Shown here in pieces: positions 39,207 to 54,268 of a stretch of DNA of 64,000 nucleotides. The stretch lies in NCBI RefSeq assembly GCF_009914755.1, contig NC_060947.1. One strand, given 5' to 3'. Positions within the stretch are counted from its first letter, which is position 1; each line of letters begins with the position of its first letter. Under the pieces are notes generated by a model. It had not been told where the DNA came from. It made no database searches and was given only the letters and a program-made list of their open reading frames with translations. This DNA is from the human T2T-CHM13v2.0 reference genome, Homo sapiens. A program made the position numbers and the translations under genes.

Positions 39207-39912
39207 TGATACAGTTTGAATATTTGCCCCTTCCAATCTCATGTTGAAATTTCATCCCCAGTGTTAGAGGTGGGGCCTGATGGGAGGTGTTTGGGCCATG
39301 AGGGTAGATCCCTCGTGAATGGGCTTGGTGCTATCCTCATGATAATGACTGAGTTCTCACTCTAGCAGGTCCCTCAAGAAGTGATTTTTTTTTCTTTTTG
39401 TTTTTTGAGATGGAGTCTCACTCTGTTGCCCAGACTGGAGTGGCTCACTGCAACCTCTGCCTCCCGGGTTCAAGCAATTCTCCTGCCTCAGCCTCCCGAG
39501 TAGCTGGAATTACAGGCACCCACCACGCCCAGTTAATTTTTATATTTTTAATAGACACAGGGTTTTACCATGATGGCCAGGCTGATCTTGAACTCCTGAC
39601 CTCAGGTGATCTGCCCACCTCGGCCTCCCAAAGTGCTGGGATTACAGGCATGAGCCGCCATGCCCAGCCAAGAAGTGATTCAGAAACAGAGCCCAGCACT
39701 CCCTCTCTACTCTCTTCCTCTCTCACACAATGTGATGTCTGCTCTCCCTTGCCTTCTGCCATTAGTGGAAGCTTTCTGAGGTCATCCCAGAAGCAGATGC
39801 CAGCACCACATTTCTTGTACTGCCTACAGAACCATAAGCCAAATAAAACCTCTTTTCTTTATAAATTACCCAGCTTCAGTTTCCTTTATAGCAACATAAA
39901 TGGACTAAGACA
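39207..39912 (+). mobile_element. MST (MaLR, MSTB-like) solo LTR containing a minus-strand Alu (39385-39669)
   Basis: tgatacagtttgaatatttgcccc...ttcctttatagcaacataaatggactaagaca; Alu TSD aagaagtgatt. Confidence 0.92.
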
Positions 39913-39949
39913 CTTGTTTCCCTGTGCTATCTAGGGGTACAGTAAATTA

Positions 39950-40180
39950 TTAAAGGGCCAACCAAAGGCACCCTTGTCTTGTGCCTTTCTGAAATTTCCT
40001 CCAACAACTCTATGAGTTTAACAGCCAAACCAAGATATGGAAATTTTGGGCAACAGAAAGAGCTGTGGCATAACGGTGCCATTCTTCCCTAGCTACTGAA
40101 CCTTCTGCTTTACCCACAATACAATCCATTAACTTTCCACTAGATGCCTCTGCAATGATAAAATACTCTGGCAAGATATT
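39950..40180 (+). pseudogene. Candidate remnant exon: N-terminal/middle part of VWD domain 3
   Basis: DMEILGNRKSCGITV...FTHNTIH resembles mucin D3-type F.I.TENVPCGTTG; ends at a strong donor ATT|GTAAGT (40181). Confidence 0.35.
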
Positions 40181-40379
40181 GTAAGTAAAAAGGAATCTTG
40201 TAAGTTTCTGTAAGTGTCTCCAAGTTAATGCTGTTGAAACTGAACGGGTCATTACAGATGAAGCCCCAGAGCATGGTCATCATGCCACCATCACTGAGGC
40301 CTGCTTGCCACAACCTCATACTCACCTCACTGGAAGTTGCCCCATGCATGGCTGCTATGGGGCAGGGAGGGAACTGTTA

Positions 40380-41602
40380 ACAATAGCCTTTTCAGCAAAT
40401 GATTCTGGGTCAAGTCGACGTCCACATGCAAATGGACAAAGATGGACCCCTACTTTATGCCATATTCAAAAATTAACTTGAAATCGATCGGAGACAGAAA
40501 TGTAAGAGCTAAAACAATAAAACTCTTAGAAGAAAACACAGTTGTAAATCTTCATGTCCTTGGATAGGCAATGACTTCTTAGCTATGATGCCAAAAACAC
40601 AAACAACAAAAGAAAAAACACATAAACTGGAAATCATCAAAATTTTAAACTTTCATGCTTCAAAGAACATCAAGAAAGAAAACTCACAGAATGGGAGGAA
40701 GTTTTTGCAAATCCTGTCACTGATAAAAGACTTGTACCTAGACTATATAAAGAACAATTATAACTCAATAACTTAAGACAAGTAATCCAATTTTCAAATA
40801 AGCAAAGAATCTGAATAGATATTTCTCTATATAAAATATACAAATAGAAATTAAGCAGATAAAGATGATCAATATAATTAATCATTAGGAAAATGCAAAT
40901 CAAAACTTCAGTGAGGTAACCCTTCACAAACCTGCTAAGACAGCTATTTTGAAAAAGACAGATTATAACAAGTGTTGGAAAGGATGTGGAGAAACTGAAA
41001 CCCTCATACATTGCTGGTGTAAATATAAAATGGTGCAGCTACATTGGAAAACAGCCTGACAATTCCTCAAATGATTAAACACAGAGTTATCACATGACCC
41101 AGCAATTCTACTCCATGAGAAATGAAAACAAATGTCTGCACAAAGAGTTGTACACAAATCATAGCAGCATTATTCACAATAGTTAAAAACTGAAAACAAT
41201 CTGAATGTCCATCAACCAATGAATGAATAAATAAATTGTGCATTCATGCAATGGAATGTTATTCAGCAATAAAATGAAATGAATTGCTGCTTGATGCTAC
41301 AACATGTTGAACCAAGAAGACAGTCACAAAGGACCACACACTGCATTTGTCCATTTATGTGAAATTATCAGAATGCACAAATCTCTAGAAACAGAAAGTA
41401 GATTAGTAGTTGCCTAGAGGTGTGAGGAATGGGGAGACTAGGAGTGAAGGCTAAAGAGTGAGGGGTTTCTTTTCTGGGGAATTATAATATTCTAAAATTG
41501 ATTGTGGTTTTGGATGTACAACTTCGTAAATATACTAAAAACCACTGAATTTTAGCCTTTAAATGGGAAATTGTATGGTATGTGAATTACACATCAAAAA
41601 AG
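40380..41602 (+). mobile_element. L1MB-type ORF2 3' end and 3' UTR
   Basis: aaaactcttagaagaaaac...ggaaaatgcaaatcaaaac...gacccagcaattctactcc...tatggtatgtgaatt. Confidence 0.9.
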
Positions 41603-41659
41603 TAGCTGACTTATATATGGGTTTCTTGTGCCATTGCTTTCCTAAACTAGAAAGGATAG

Positions 41660-41830
41660 AAGTATTTCAAAGCCAGACCCATTGAAGAACTCCACTGAAA
41701 AAAAAAAAAAAAAAAAAAAACCAACTCCACTGGAAGCCCAGGTTTGGGATTAGGCACTTACAGGGCCTGCAGTTTGCTGGACTTCACCCAGCATGGAGCC
41801 AGTCACCAGGCTGTCATTTCTGATTAGAGA
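41660..41830 (+). pseudogene. Candidate remnant exon: C-terminal half of VWD domain 3, interrupted by a poly(A) insertion
   Basis: Frames give QVWD*ALT, FAGLHPAWS and VTRL, resembling the D3 pattern V.WDRxTSVFIxLHxxW/YxGxVxGLC. Confidence 0.4.
41688..41732 (+). mobile_element. Orphan poly(A) insertion flanked by a direct repeat
   Basis: aactccactg (41688-41697), then A23, cc, and aactccactg (41723-41732). Confidence 0.8.
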
Positions 41831-42777
41831 CAATGGGTAGCTATGAGGTGTTACAGCCTGGCTACCATATAAATGTGATTTTCTGCCTGAGCAAATTCTG
41901 CTCTAATTAAGTAAAATATTTTTAAATGATTATCAAAACAGGGCTACTCCTCAGTTCTCTCAAAACATGAAAATGCCAAAATTTTAATGCCTGGGGGTTT
42001 CCCAAAGTGAGTTGAACACGCTCTTGTTTCCTGAACTGAGGCAGACAGAGGTTTTTCAACTGTCAGCTCCACACGGATTCAATTTACCTCATGGCCCGGT
42101 GGCTACACACTGGTATATTTGCCACAGCTAAAGTGGAATTAGCAACACAAGACTATATAGTAGGACTAAATGCAAAGAAGTAAGCAAACACTGTGCCTTT
42201 ATTAAGAGCTATTGATTGGAACTCTTTTTTAAAAACAAAACTTTAAGATTACTTTTTTTTCTACACTCATGAAAATAGAATGCTTTCCTGAGGCTGAGGA
42301 AGGTACGGAGGAAGGGGTACACACTGTGAAGTCATTCCTCAAACCATAACAAATTGAAAGCTGTGGTTTAATATATGACCCAGATGGTCAGTTTTGTAAT
42401 GATTTTACATTTACAGTATCTTATATTTTTCCTGGGGCATTATATTTCATTTGGCAATAGTTCTTACCCTGGTTTCCCTCCAGCTGCATTTCAAAGGCAA
42501 AAAATGTACATTACTTCATCTTGTGGTTTAATCTTGGTATACGAAACATTACATCAGCAGCAACAATTTCTTGTAATCACCTCTGTCCTGTAGCAAGGTC
42601 CTTAGGGAGATAGTATTTCGTGCATCATAATTTAACCACCACCAAGAATGATCATCACTTAAATAGCTACAGAGGTGGAAATAAATGAGGACATCAGACG
42701 CCCGCACCCATCCTGCTTAAACTACATTCTTCACTGGACAGAAGATGATGATCATTGAGCATAAATTTCTAATATTT

Positions 42778-42838
42778 TCACGTTCGCTCTACCATTTGCC
42801 ATCTGGAATCCTGAAAGCCTTCAAATTCGGTCCTGAAC
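42778..42838 (-). CDS. Candidate distal alternative last exon (coding part) of the minus-strand gene; 3' UTR to AATAAA at about 42198-42203
   Basis: Weak acceptor ttctcattataAG. In phase 2 it reads (K)FRTEFEGFQDSRWQMVERT*. Repeat-free block retaining CpGs, with a downstream poly(A) signal. Confidence 0.3.
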
Positions 42839-43380
42839 CTTATAATGAGAACATTTTATTCGTTTCTTTCTAATTCTTGTAAAAACTGGTTGCCATGAAT
42901 CTAGACTGTTACCAACAGTTCCTGGAATTTTAGTTAAGAATAAACTGTAGATCCAAACAAATCTAAGCATCCTATTTTAGTAAAATGCTTTCTACTTTAT
43001 AGCTGGAACAAATCATCCCAGAACCAATTCTTGTTCACCAGTTTTGCATGGTCAACACTGAATATGAAAGAACATAACCTTGAAAAGTATGATCACCCAG
43101 GAAAAAAAAGGGAGGCGAGGAACAAGAAGCCTAGATTTGGGCTCCATTATCTTTTCTCAGTGAGCAATGTAAAGGCAACTTATATATATTCTTTCAAAGA
43201 GCATGATTTTCTTTAAGTCACTACTAAAGAACACCCTGATGATCAGTACTATGGAGAATTTAGATTTTGTTAGTGCCTTCACTAATCCCATTGATGAAAT
43301 TACAATTGTATTAGAAAGAAGAATGGTAGGCATTTTATGCCTATCAGACATAAAGCAGGAAAGTAAAACTTGCAGAGTCA

Positions 43381-43872
<492 letters not shown>

Positions 43873-43984
43873 CTTAGAGGGGAAATATTTATCAGTATTT
43901 TACCAGTAGCCTGGTCTCATGGGCACATAAAAGACCATTCCTAACTCATTTCCTTCCCACCACTCCTGGCCCCCTAACCATCCT

Positions 43985-44130
43985 GATCCCATCCTGCTCC
44001 TACCAAAAACTCAGCAGACAAACAAGCTTGAAGGGAAGTTTCATGACATGAGCCTCTGCTGCTAACTCTTGAATTAGATACACCAACAAAGCAGTAATTG
44101 TCCATTGGGAGTTCCAGACAGCAATGGGTC
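43985..44130 (+). pseudogene. Candidate remnant exon: C8 domain 3
   Basis: PAP/YQK, then one frame ASAANS*IRYTNKAVIVHW, then VPD after a shift. Resembles the C8 end IAAYAxxCxxxGVxVxWRTPxxC, with AAC, TAC and GCA each one substitution from Tyr, Cys and Gly. Confidence 0.45.
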
Positions 44131-44232
44131 TGTCAAAGAATTACCTCTAAAAAAAGGACTTAGGCAAGCACATCATCAGGCAAGGACATTTATCCCAGGG
44201 ACAAATCAACCTCAGGGTCTTTGCAATTGTGA

Positions 44233-44644
<412 letters not shown>

Positions 44645-45429
44645 TCATGAGCACACACTCTTAAGGAATTCTCTCCTCCTCCAACCACAAAACACTCTAT
44701 CATATATCCCTGTAGTTACGTCCACAGACTCTGGAATCAGACAAACACTGGCTACTGCCGCTCACTAGTGTAGCCTGGGGCAAATCACTTGTCCTCTTGA
44801 GTCTCCTGACCCATATCTGTATGATCTCCATTGCAAAGTAACAATAAAGCCTAAAGAGAAGCAAACACTAAATTGAAAATTAGGTAGCCTACCCTTTAGG
44901 TCTGTTCTGCAACTAACCTGGTAGGTGACCTGAAACAAGTTGCTTCCCCTCATGGGGCATCAGTTTCCTCTTATGTTCATTGGAGGGACTGGATTTGATG
45001 AAAGTCACCTGTTCTGCATCTGGACAGTCTGTGTTTTCACATTTCTGTCCCAAGATCACAGCTGCCCCAGTGTTGGTCCTAACCTGGGACCACTTGGGCT
45101 ATCCCCTCCCTCTCCCAAATACCATTCAATTCAACTCAATACAATGCATGATTTAATACATGTAGGCTGTGGCATCCTGCTTTATATGGAGCTAGAAAGG
45201 TATTTTATAACCAACAAAGGAGTCAGGGTCATCTGTAGTTCATGGTACAGAATTTAACCCTCTGTGATTGTGCTAACATTTCTCTTGGAACTTTCCTGAC
45301 AAATCCAAATGCTCATCTTTGTGCTCTTCCATTTGATAAATTTTGTCCCTTTTACTGACCCATTGTAAAATCTCCCAACTCATGGCTCAGATGGGGCTCT
45401 ATTCTGCTTTTGCTCCTGCCTCTGTGTAC

Positions 45430-46430
45430 TGCTCATAGCAGCAGAAGGCAGACAAGTCTTAGGCAGACAGGGGCAAGTCCCTGATAAAACCCCACCTTCA
45501 AACCATAGACAGTTTAAAGCTTGAAAGCCAAGCTACAAGTCCTAGATAAATCCATGGACAAAATTGAGAACCTCTCTTCCCATCTGGCATGCTTTCCTTT
45601 AATTGATCCCCACCCTTCACCTATTTTACATATACCTACCCTTCCCTAATTGGCTTTTTATACTGTCGTGCCCACCTTTGAGTGGTGCCCTTGTTTTAGC
45701 CTTTTTTGAATACTCACAAACCAATCAGCGTGCATCCCCTTCCGAGTCCATAAAAACCCCGGACTCAGCCACACTTTGGGACCACCACTCGAGGGCTGGC
45801 CTCTCGAGTCCCCTCTCTACTGAGAGCTGCCATGCAATAAAACTCTCCTCACACTTCAGTTGTCAACGTACCCTCATTCTTCTTGGATGTGGGACAAGAA
45901 CTCAGAACCTGCCAAACGTGGGTACAAAGAAGGCTGTAAAACTGTAGCCCTCTGCCCTCCGCCAGTGCCAGGCAGCCACTTCATGCTCCAGGAAGCAGCA
46001 GCAGGGCCAGCCTAGCCCTGGGGCTGCGGGCTGGAGCAGGGCAACAGGACTGAAAGAGCTGTTAACACACCCCTGTTTGCTCAGGCTGTGGATGGTGGGA
46101 CTAAAACAACTGTTAGCACACTGTAACACCCCCTCTGGGGCTTTGAGGTTGTTGGCATCCCTGTTCAGATGCCACTGTGTTCCCCTCATCCAGATGTCAG
46201 CACACAAGGGGGAAGCTGGTTGCAGCATGCCCGGCCCAGCTGCAGGCTGAGTGTGGATCCTGTGGCAAGTGTGGGATCTGGGCAGGAGTGCAAGCCAAGC
46301 ACAGCCCCCTGGGCCAAGTGAGCAGGGTGCCTCCTGTGGCAAGCCCAGGGCCTGAGTGAGATCCAGGCATGGCCATCGCTGGCTGCAGAGGTCTCCAGCT
46401 GGCAAAGTTACACTGAAAAATCCTCTGTCA
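45430..46430 (+). mobile_element. ERV1 solo LTR of about 1 kb (LTR27/LTR28/MER50/MER52 group)
   Basis: aggcagacaagtcttaggcagacaggggc start, CCAAT and cataaaa boxes, AATAAA near 45836, GC-rich U5, end aaaaatcctctgtca. Confidence 0.85.
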
Positions 46431-48419
46431 CTGATTTTCCTGGTGAAGTGCTTGTCCCCACTACCCTTAGGTGGCATCTTCCACAACTCAGCCCTCCCCA
46501 CTTAGTCAACCACAATTTATAAGCCCCAGTCCTATGAGGATTGAGGTTATAGCAAGTAAAATGAGTTCACAGTTCCTGATTTGGGATTGGGGAATATGTT
46601 ACCCATAAAGGGCCTGTTCCACCAAATCAAACAGGATTATATATTGTCCTGGCATATGACGGCTGATTAACCAGCCCCTCTCCCCCTCTCCTGCTCCCTC
46701 AGGCTTCCCACTGCCTGCTCTAAAATGCTGTCCTTTCACCCAGCCTTTTCAATACTGACTTACTAAGTTACTATGGAATTATTTCCATTGAATTACACAA
46801 AACTCACTGACTAAACAACTTAGACAAAAATGTGATTTTTTGTGCTTCAATAATAAAAGCAAACCTTCTGTTTAACCCATTCTGCTCTCCCAGAGGGAGA
46901 AAAAGATTAAGGTGTCATGATGTTGCTAATAGTTACTTCCTTCCCTGACAGTGTGCTTTCTGTATTATATCATCATTTTATTAAACCCACATATAAATGC
47001 TTAAATTGACCAGGGAGTTTTGGAATCCACTGACAATTACCACCTCCATAATCTCCCTGTGAATAAGGCAAAAAGGGGACCTCATCTGACAAGACCAAAT
47101 CATGTAACTTCTGGCTCTGAAGCCTGTCTGTGTGCAGAATTAAGGGTAATCATAGCCTACAGCATTTAAGCCTAACCACCAAATGTTCTTTAGAATCCTA
47201 AACTTGTCTGCAGGGTGGTTTACTAATAATTGTGTGTTTAGTTATTTTTTTCCTTTTAACTAAGTGAAATTAACAGCACAGAGCTTGCCAACTCTGTAGA
47301 TGGAAACTTTCTATTCATTCACAAGAGGGAAACTCAGGGGCATGGCAGGACCATTTTTTGGGCAGCCATCTAACCAACACAACAGCCCTGACCTGGGGGG
47401 CACAAGGCCAGAATTCAGAAGATTCAATATCTTGATGCGACTAGATCATTGCTTTCTGAACCTCAGCGGACATCCAAAGGGCCTGCTGAGCTGGGCTTGC
47501 TCTCTCAAACACACAAAAGGGACCAAACAAGTTGGTAGGGTTTATGCTTTCCTTTTACATTTTTAAGTATTAAGATTTATAACCATTTTTGTGCCAGCTT
47601 AAAAATGATCAAACATTTAAACTTCAGAGAAGTCACATGTCACCACATTTTTAAAAGGAAAGATGTATTTTCAAAGGGAAAATTGCAGCATGCAGCATGC
47701 AAAATTGCAGGTCAAGAAGCAGCCAAGTGAAATGAGTCCTTGAGGCTCTCCTGTAACCAGCCTGAACTGGACACAGATTACCCAAAGCAGCAGCTAATCC
47801 CCACATTAGCCACTGGACTGTTCCTCAGCTCCTCCTTGGTTTGGCACTCTCACTAGCAGTGCAGGAAGCACTGCCATCGGCCATTAGCCCATTGTTAAAC
47901 CTTAACTGTCTCTGTTATGATAAAACACCCAATGCTCAGTATAAGGCCATCCTCAGGGCTCAGGGCTCAGGGCTCAGGCTATGGCACCAACTTGTAGTTG
48001 AAATCACCCAATGACACGGGGTTTCTGGGATATCAATGACTCAACGTCCCTGGTGAAGGTGAGCTGCTTTCAGCAATAAAATGATGTTCTTGCAAGCTTC
48101 TAGTGAATAACTCTTTCCTCAAGACGTATCTTTAGATTTATGTTTTGCTTTAATGTGTAACAACATTGAATGAGTAAATCAGGACCCACGGATGGTCTTC
48201 TCAGTTCTGTTAACTGTCTGCATGATCTTGAGCCAATTGCTTATCCTCCCTGGGTATCAGTTTTCTCATCCATAAAATGGAGGTGATTGTCTTAATAATG
48301 ATGATAATAATGATGATGATGATATCCTCCTTGCTCCACCTAACAAGCTGTGGTAAAGATGTAAGGAAAAGGAGAATATAAAATTGTTCTGTAAAATGTT
48401 AAGGGCTATAGTAACATAA

Positions 48420-48740
<321 letters not shown>

Positions 48741-49130
48741 TATCATTGGTAACTTTTAATAAGATGGGTTTACAATTCCTGCATGCAAACCAAGTCATGG
48801 CAAAGGAAAGCTGGGCTGGTATGCAATATGGCTGTAGACAAAAGGTACTGTAACATTGTGAAGAGAACTGGAGTGGCAGTCAAGAAGCCTGAGTTCTAGC
48901 CCCAGCCCTGCTGCTAACTATCTGTATGACCTTCTCCTGTCTGGACCTCTACAGAAGAAATGGGTTAGATTAGGTCAATTTTCAAACTCTGTAGGAGCAG
49001 AAATCTGTGACATGAAACCATAGGCATTAGCCCAATCTATAAAATAGCAATGAAACAGTGCTTACCCAATTGTGTAAAATTATACTGTTTAACAGAAAAC
49101 ATTATATTTCTTTAATTTGATGATGGACAG

Positions 49131-49687
49131 TGTGATGGTTAATATTAAGTGTCAACTTGATTGGATTGACGGATGCAAAGTATTGTTCCTGGATATGTTT
49201 GTGAGGGTGTTGCCATAGGAGATTAACATTTGAGTCAGCAGAGTGTTATGGGTAGACCCACCCTCAATCTGGGTGAGCACTATCCAACTGGCTGCCAGCG
49301 TGGCTAGAACAAAGCAGGAAGAAGAAGGTGGAATTAGCTGACTTCCTAGTCTTCCAGCTTTCATCTTTCTCCTGTGCTGGATGCTTCCTGCCCCTGAACA
49401 TCAGACTCCGGATTCTTCAGCTTTTGGACTCTTGGACTTACACCAGTGGTTTACCAAGGGCTCTCAGGCCTTCAGCCACAGATTGAAGGTTGTACTGTCT
49501 GCTTCCCTACTTTTGAGGTTGTGGGACTCAAACTGAGCCACTACTGGCTTCCTTGCTCCTCAGCTTGCAGATGGCCTATCGTGGGACTTCACCTCGTGAT
49601 CGTGTGAGTCAATTCTCCTTAATGAACTCCCTTTCATATATATACATCTATCCTATTAGTTCTGTTCCTCCAGAGAACCCTAATACT
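49131..49687 (+). mobile_element. MLT2A (HERV-L) solo LTR
   Basis: tgtgatggttaatattaagtgtcaacttgattggattga...cctattagttctgttcctccagagaaccctaatac. Confidence 0.93.
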
Positions 49688-49952
49688 GTATTTAATTGAA
49701 GTTCATATCTAAAATAAGGATGGGTCTTAGAATGACTGCATACATTCTTTTAATATTCCTGAAATGCCAGTATTAATTGATGGTGCAAACTACAACTAAT
49801 GGCATCTTAGCATCAAGAACATATGGTGCTTTGGATTTTCCCTGACCTTGATGTCCCTTCTCCAAACAGTTGAGATCTGGGGAACATAGTTTGAAAACTA
49901 CTGGACTAGAAGATTTCTAGGGGGCATTACAAATCTGACATTCTATGGTTTA

Positions 49953-50394
<442 letters not shown>

Positions 50395-53078
50395 TTAGAG
50401 CCACCTTTACATGGTTGGAAATGCTGTGTATCTTTACAAGGTGACCTGTCAAAAGGCACACATCTCATTTAGAGCCACATTTAAACAGAGCCACGTGACC
50501 CCACAGGAGAGGGAATGTGTTTCCGCTTTAAGGTGAGAAAAGCTTAAGAAAGTCCTGGGCCTGCCTGACCAGGGACAAATGGGGTAGCTAGAGCCCAATT
50601 AGCTGCAGTGTGGTTAATAACCATGATAACTACCCTTACTGTGTGCAACACACTTTATCCATGATCTCCTCAACACAAGTCCAGGAGTGTAAAAAGACAG
50701 GCACTGTCCTCCCCATTTTAGAGATGATGAAACTGAAGACCTGACAACTGAAATAGATTGCCCAAAATTTCCCAGCTAATAAACAGCAGTGCTAGTGATT
50801 TAAACTGCTTCTTCAGGGTTCAGAGTCCACATCAACTCCTATTTCATTGCATGCCCATAGGCCTTACAATACGGAGCCCCCAAGCAACCTTAGCTCTGTT
50901 TGGAATCAGGTTTGTTTTAACAGAGGGGCTTCTTTTGGTGGCAATGAACATGTCACTCTCACTGCAATGTGTGGAGGGTCTTATTCCTTAAGTGTGGTCT
51001 CCCCCTATGAAATCTTCAGAATCTCTGAAAGTTTCCCAAACTGTCCCTTCTGGAAGAGCCAGATGAGAGACACAGGGGCAACCCTGGTAGCTTGATTAAA
51101 CCAAGCCATAATGATGGCATAGACCTTGAGAGGCAGTTTTGCCAGGAAGACAAAGCGTGTCTTTCTGACAGCTATAGATGGACAAAAAGCTAAGACACTT
51201 GGTGCTGAGGGCCAGAAATTTTTTAAACTGGACACTAGCAGCCATAATTTCTAAGATGGGAGGTATTTTCCCCTACCCCTTCAGAAAGCCTTCAGAAGTA
51301 CAATTCAACTGGAGCCCATTTGCTACCTGCTTGGAATGTGATCAGGTGGGACATGATCTCTCTTCCTGGGTGGTCTTAGTGAAGCCCAGCTGGCTTCTCT
51401 ATTTGCTCTGGAAAAAGCCCCACAGCCTACTGACAGCCAGCCAAACAGTCACCCTGTTAATGGTCCCTGTTCTAAATACAATTGGCAGGTTAGCTCAGAA
51501 TAAATGGCCTGCTGAAGGCAAGAAAGCCCTGCTAACTCTTCTGATGACACCTTCAGATTGACCATAGGTCCACACCACTTCTTTATGCTCAGTCCTTAAT
51601 TATTCATGCTAACAGAGGGGAACAATGTCAATGACTATCTAGAAAAAGAGATAATGAGAGGATAATTCCTACTGGGTGGTGGACTATGTTTGATGATGAC
51701 TTTACAAAATTACCTTCCCAATTATGTTTTCTTTAATGAATCGTGAAATAAGTTGCCTTTTCTGGTTTGGCAGTGGCAGAGAGTCTTTAATGAGATGTGT
51801 ATAATAGGGGGAGGGACTCCTCTGACCAATTCTCCATAGTTAACCACTAGCAGACTAGACCGCTGCAGGACTAGCAGCACATACAACCAACTGTCACTAT
51901 GAAAAGACTGGCTAATCATTTAATGCAAGTGGCTAGAATATTCACTTAATCCCATAGGCACAACCATAGTTTAACATGACAATAGAAAATAAAAGATGAG
52001 ATGCGATTTTCAAATTTCCTGTACCATAAAGTCACATAAACTCTCTGCTCTGAATGGGTCAATTTCCATGATAAAATTTTTCCATTTTAGGACTTCTCTA
52101 AGAAGACAGAAAACAGCATCACTGACTTCCAAAAGCCTAAGAAAGACTCTCTGGAGTTTTTCCTGAAACATAATATAGGTTTCATGTTAATTATTTCTTG
52201 AGATTTATAGGAGCTGAAAAACTAAAGAAAATGTGAAATTATTGAAAAGGGATATTTTGTGCAGCTTCCCTTTCTTAACATCTGCATACAGCCCTTTGAT
52301 AGAGCATATTAAGGTACAGTTTTTACAACTTTGATCTTGCATTAGTGAATTCCTTCAAGTCAAATGCACTTCATTTTGTCCCTCACTCTTGAGTTGTAAA
52401 TGGCCATTGGAAATCTCAGAAGAACTGGACACTCAGGCTACAAAGCAGCCATCCAAGGTGTGATTGTTCTGTTGCCATTGGGAGGCATTTCGCTGGGCAA
52501 ATTTCTGCCCTTGTAAGCACTTCTTCTCACTGAAACGATTTAAAGCTGCCTGAACACATTTGAAAACCTGATTTACCCTTTAAGATTTCATTTGATTGAT
52601 CTTCCCAGCACTTCTCTCCAGAGAGAGCCAGCTGTAAGCATTAGTCAGCGTACGGAAAACCCTGGAAAGATGAACAAAGAACAACCCCCGTGATTAGTTG
52701 CTAAATTAAAGAGGGAAGAAAACAAATTCTACCAAATGTCAACAGAGCTCAGCATTCTCCCCTGAATGAAGCCACACTCCAGCAGTGGGAGGTAGACGGT
52801 GGGGGGCTGGCTGAAGACTGGAAAGTGACATGGAAGTAAAAATTAAAAATTTCTGAGATAGATTCGGCCCGTCCATCCACCCACCAAAAGGATAGGATGC
52901 CTTCCTCTTCTTGTCTCCTGAAGTCTGGCCATCCCAGATACAGTAGGTCTCAGAAAGCACAGCAGGCTCCTTCTTTAAGGTGGAAATGAAAATGCCTGGT
53001 CCTGGAAGTGTGTCAATCTCCTGAAACCACCCAAGGCACTGCATCCCATTCCCAGGACAGGTACAGTATCATCGATGC

Positions 53079-53127
53079 TTACACCTCCGTGAGAATGTGC
53101 ACACAGTAACCATCTACCAAACCCCAA
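53079..53127 (-). CDS. Candidate last coding exon of an unidentified minus-strand gene
   Basis: Strong pyrimidine tract tttttttttctgtgttttaAG. In phase 2 it reads (N)WGLVDGYCVHILTEV*, in frame with the exon at 58854-58900, and is followed by about 2 kb of repeat-poor UTR-like sequence. Confidence 0.5.
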
Positions 53128-53914
53128 CTTAAAACACAGAAAAAAAAATCTGGAAGAAAAAGGAAATGGCAAAACATCTTTTAGGTACAGGATATAGAAC
53201 AAATTGTTGATCGATGTACACTAAAATTCTCAGTAATTCAAACGTAAAAGCAACATGAGCAAGGGATTTTGGACTGATGGGACCCAGACTAGCTAACATT
53301 TTGATTTAAAAGAAAAAAAACAGTGAGGCATCTTATCTGCCAGAGACTCTGAAAGAATAGACATCAAGTTATTGGGGTTTTAGCGTAAATGACATGAAAA
53401 AGCTTGTCTGGTCCAAGAGCCAATACTTTTGGCATGTTGGATGCCTGCGCAGCTAGCTAACCAGCAACTGGCTAGATGGATGGAGGAGACAATAACTGTA
53501 GGCAGCTCCATCTGCATGGGTTGGTCCCTACTACTGGTCCACCAGTACTCTAAGCTCTTGGCTCTTCAGTCCTCACATTGTTTTGCCCCTGCCTCTGCTC
53601 CCACCCAATATAAAGGCAATCTAACCACAGAAGGTCTGTTACTTTATCCTACATTGAAAGCCCCTTAACAATGGATTGACATGCCCAAAGGTGTATTTGA
53701 GAGATATCATCTTGGCTGCAGTATAGACAGTGGAGTGGAGAATAAAGAGCAGGTAGACTACATGAAAGCTATTGCAATAATCTCTGCAGTGAAATGATGA
53801 AGGCTTCAGCTAAAGTGGTGGCAACAGAAACAGACATGAGTTGGGACAAAGGAGATGGAGACAACATGACTTGGTGATGGATTAAATTTTGGAGATAAGG
53901 TAGAGACCAGGGTC

Positions 53915-54085
53915 TAGACCTTTACTACTTAAGGTGTAGTCTGCAGACCAACAGCATCAGCCTCACCTGGGAGATTGTTAAAAATGCAGAATCTCATGCC
54001 CCACCCCTGACCTACTGAATCAGAATCTTCATTTTCACAAAACTTAGTGATTCATGTGCATAGTTAAGTTTGAAAAGTGCTGGTT
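53915..54085. mobile_element. MER5A-type hAT element within L2 remnants (about 53660-54450)
   Basis: cagcatcagcctcacctgggagattgttaaaaatgcagaatctc...cctactgaatcagaatct...aagtttgaaaagtgctg. Confidence 0.85.
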
Positions 54086-54268
54086 TGGAAAACACTCAGG
54101 TTCCTGAAAAGCTGGCTATTGTGCCATCCCCTGAAAGACAAAAAATTGGATTTGGCTTTTGGCAGGTTGAATTTATGGTGCTTAAAAATTATAATTTTGC
54201 TTATTCAACATACAATAATTGATTACTGCGGACAAAGACACTGGGAAGACAGACATGAAAGACATAGT

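Noticed and set aside
40137-40150. CTCF-like CCACTAGATGCC
   Set aside because: Mismatch in the conserved GGC core.
40010-40252. 80-aa minus-strand ORF as an exon of the minus-strand gene
   Set aside because: No convincing minus-strand splice sites or recognisable homology; the + strand reading fits the fossil domain order better.
47951-47980. (CTCAGGG)x3-4 short tandem
   Set aside because: Ordinary short tandem repeat with no spacers; not CRISPR-like or telomeric.
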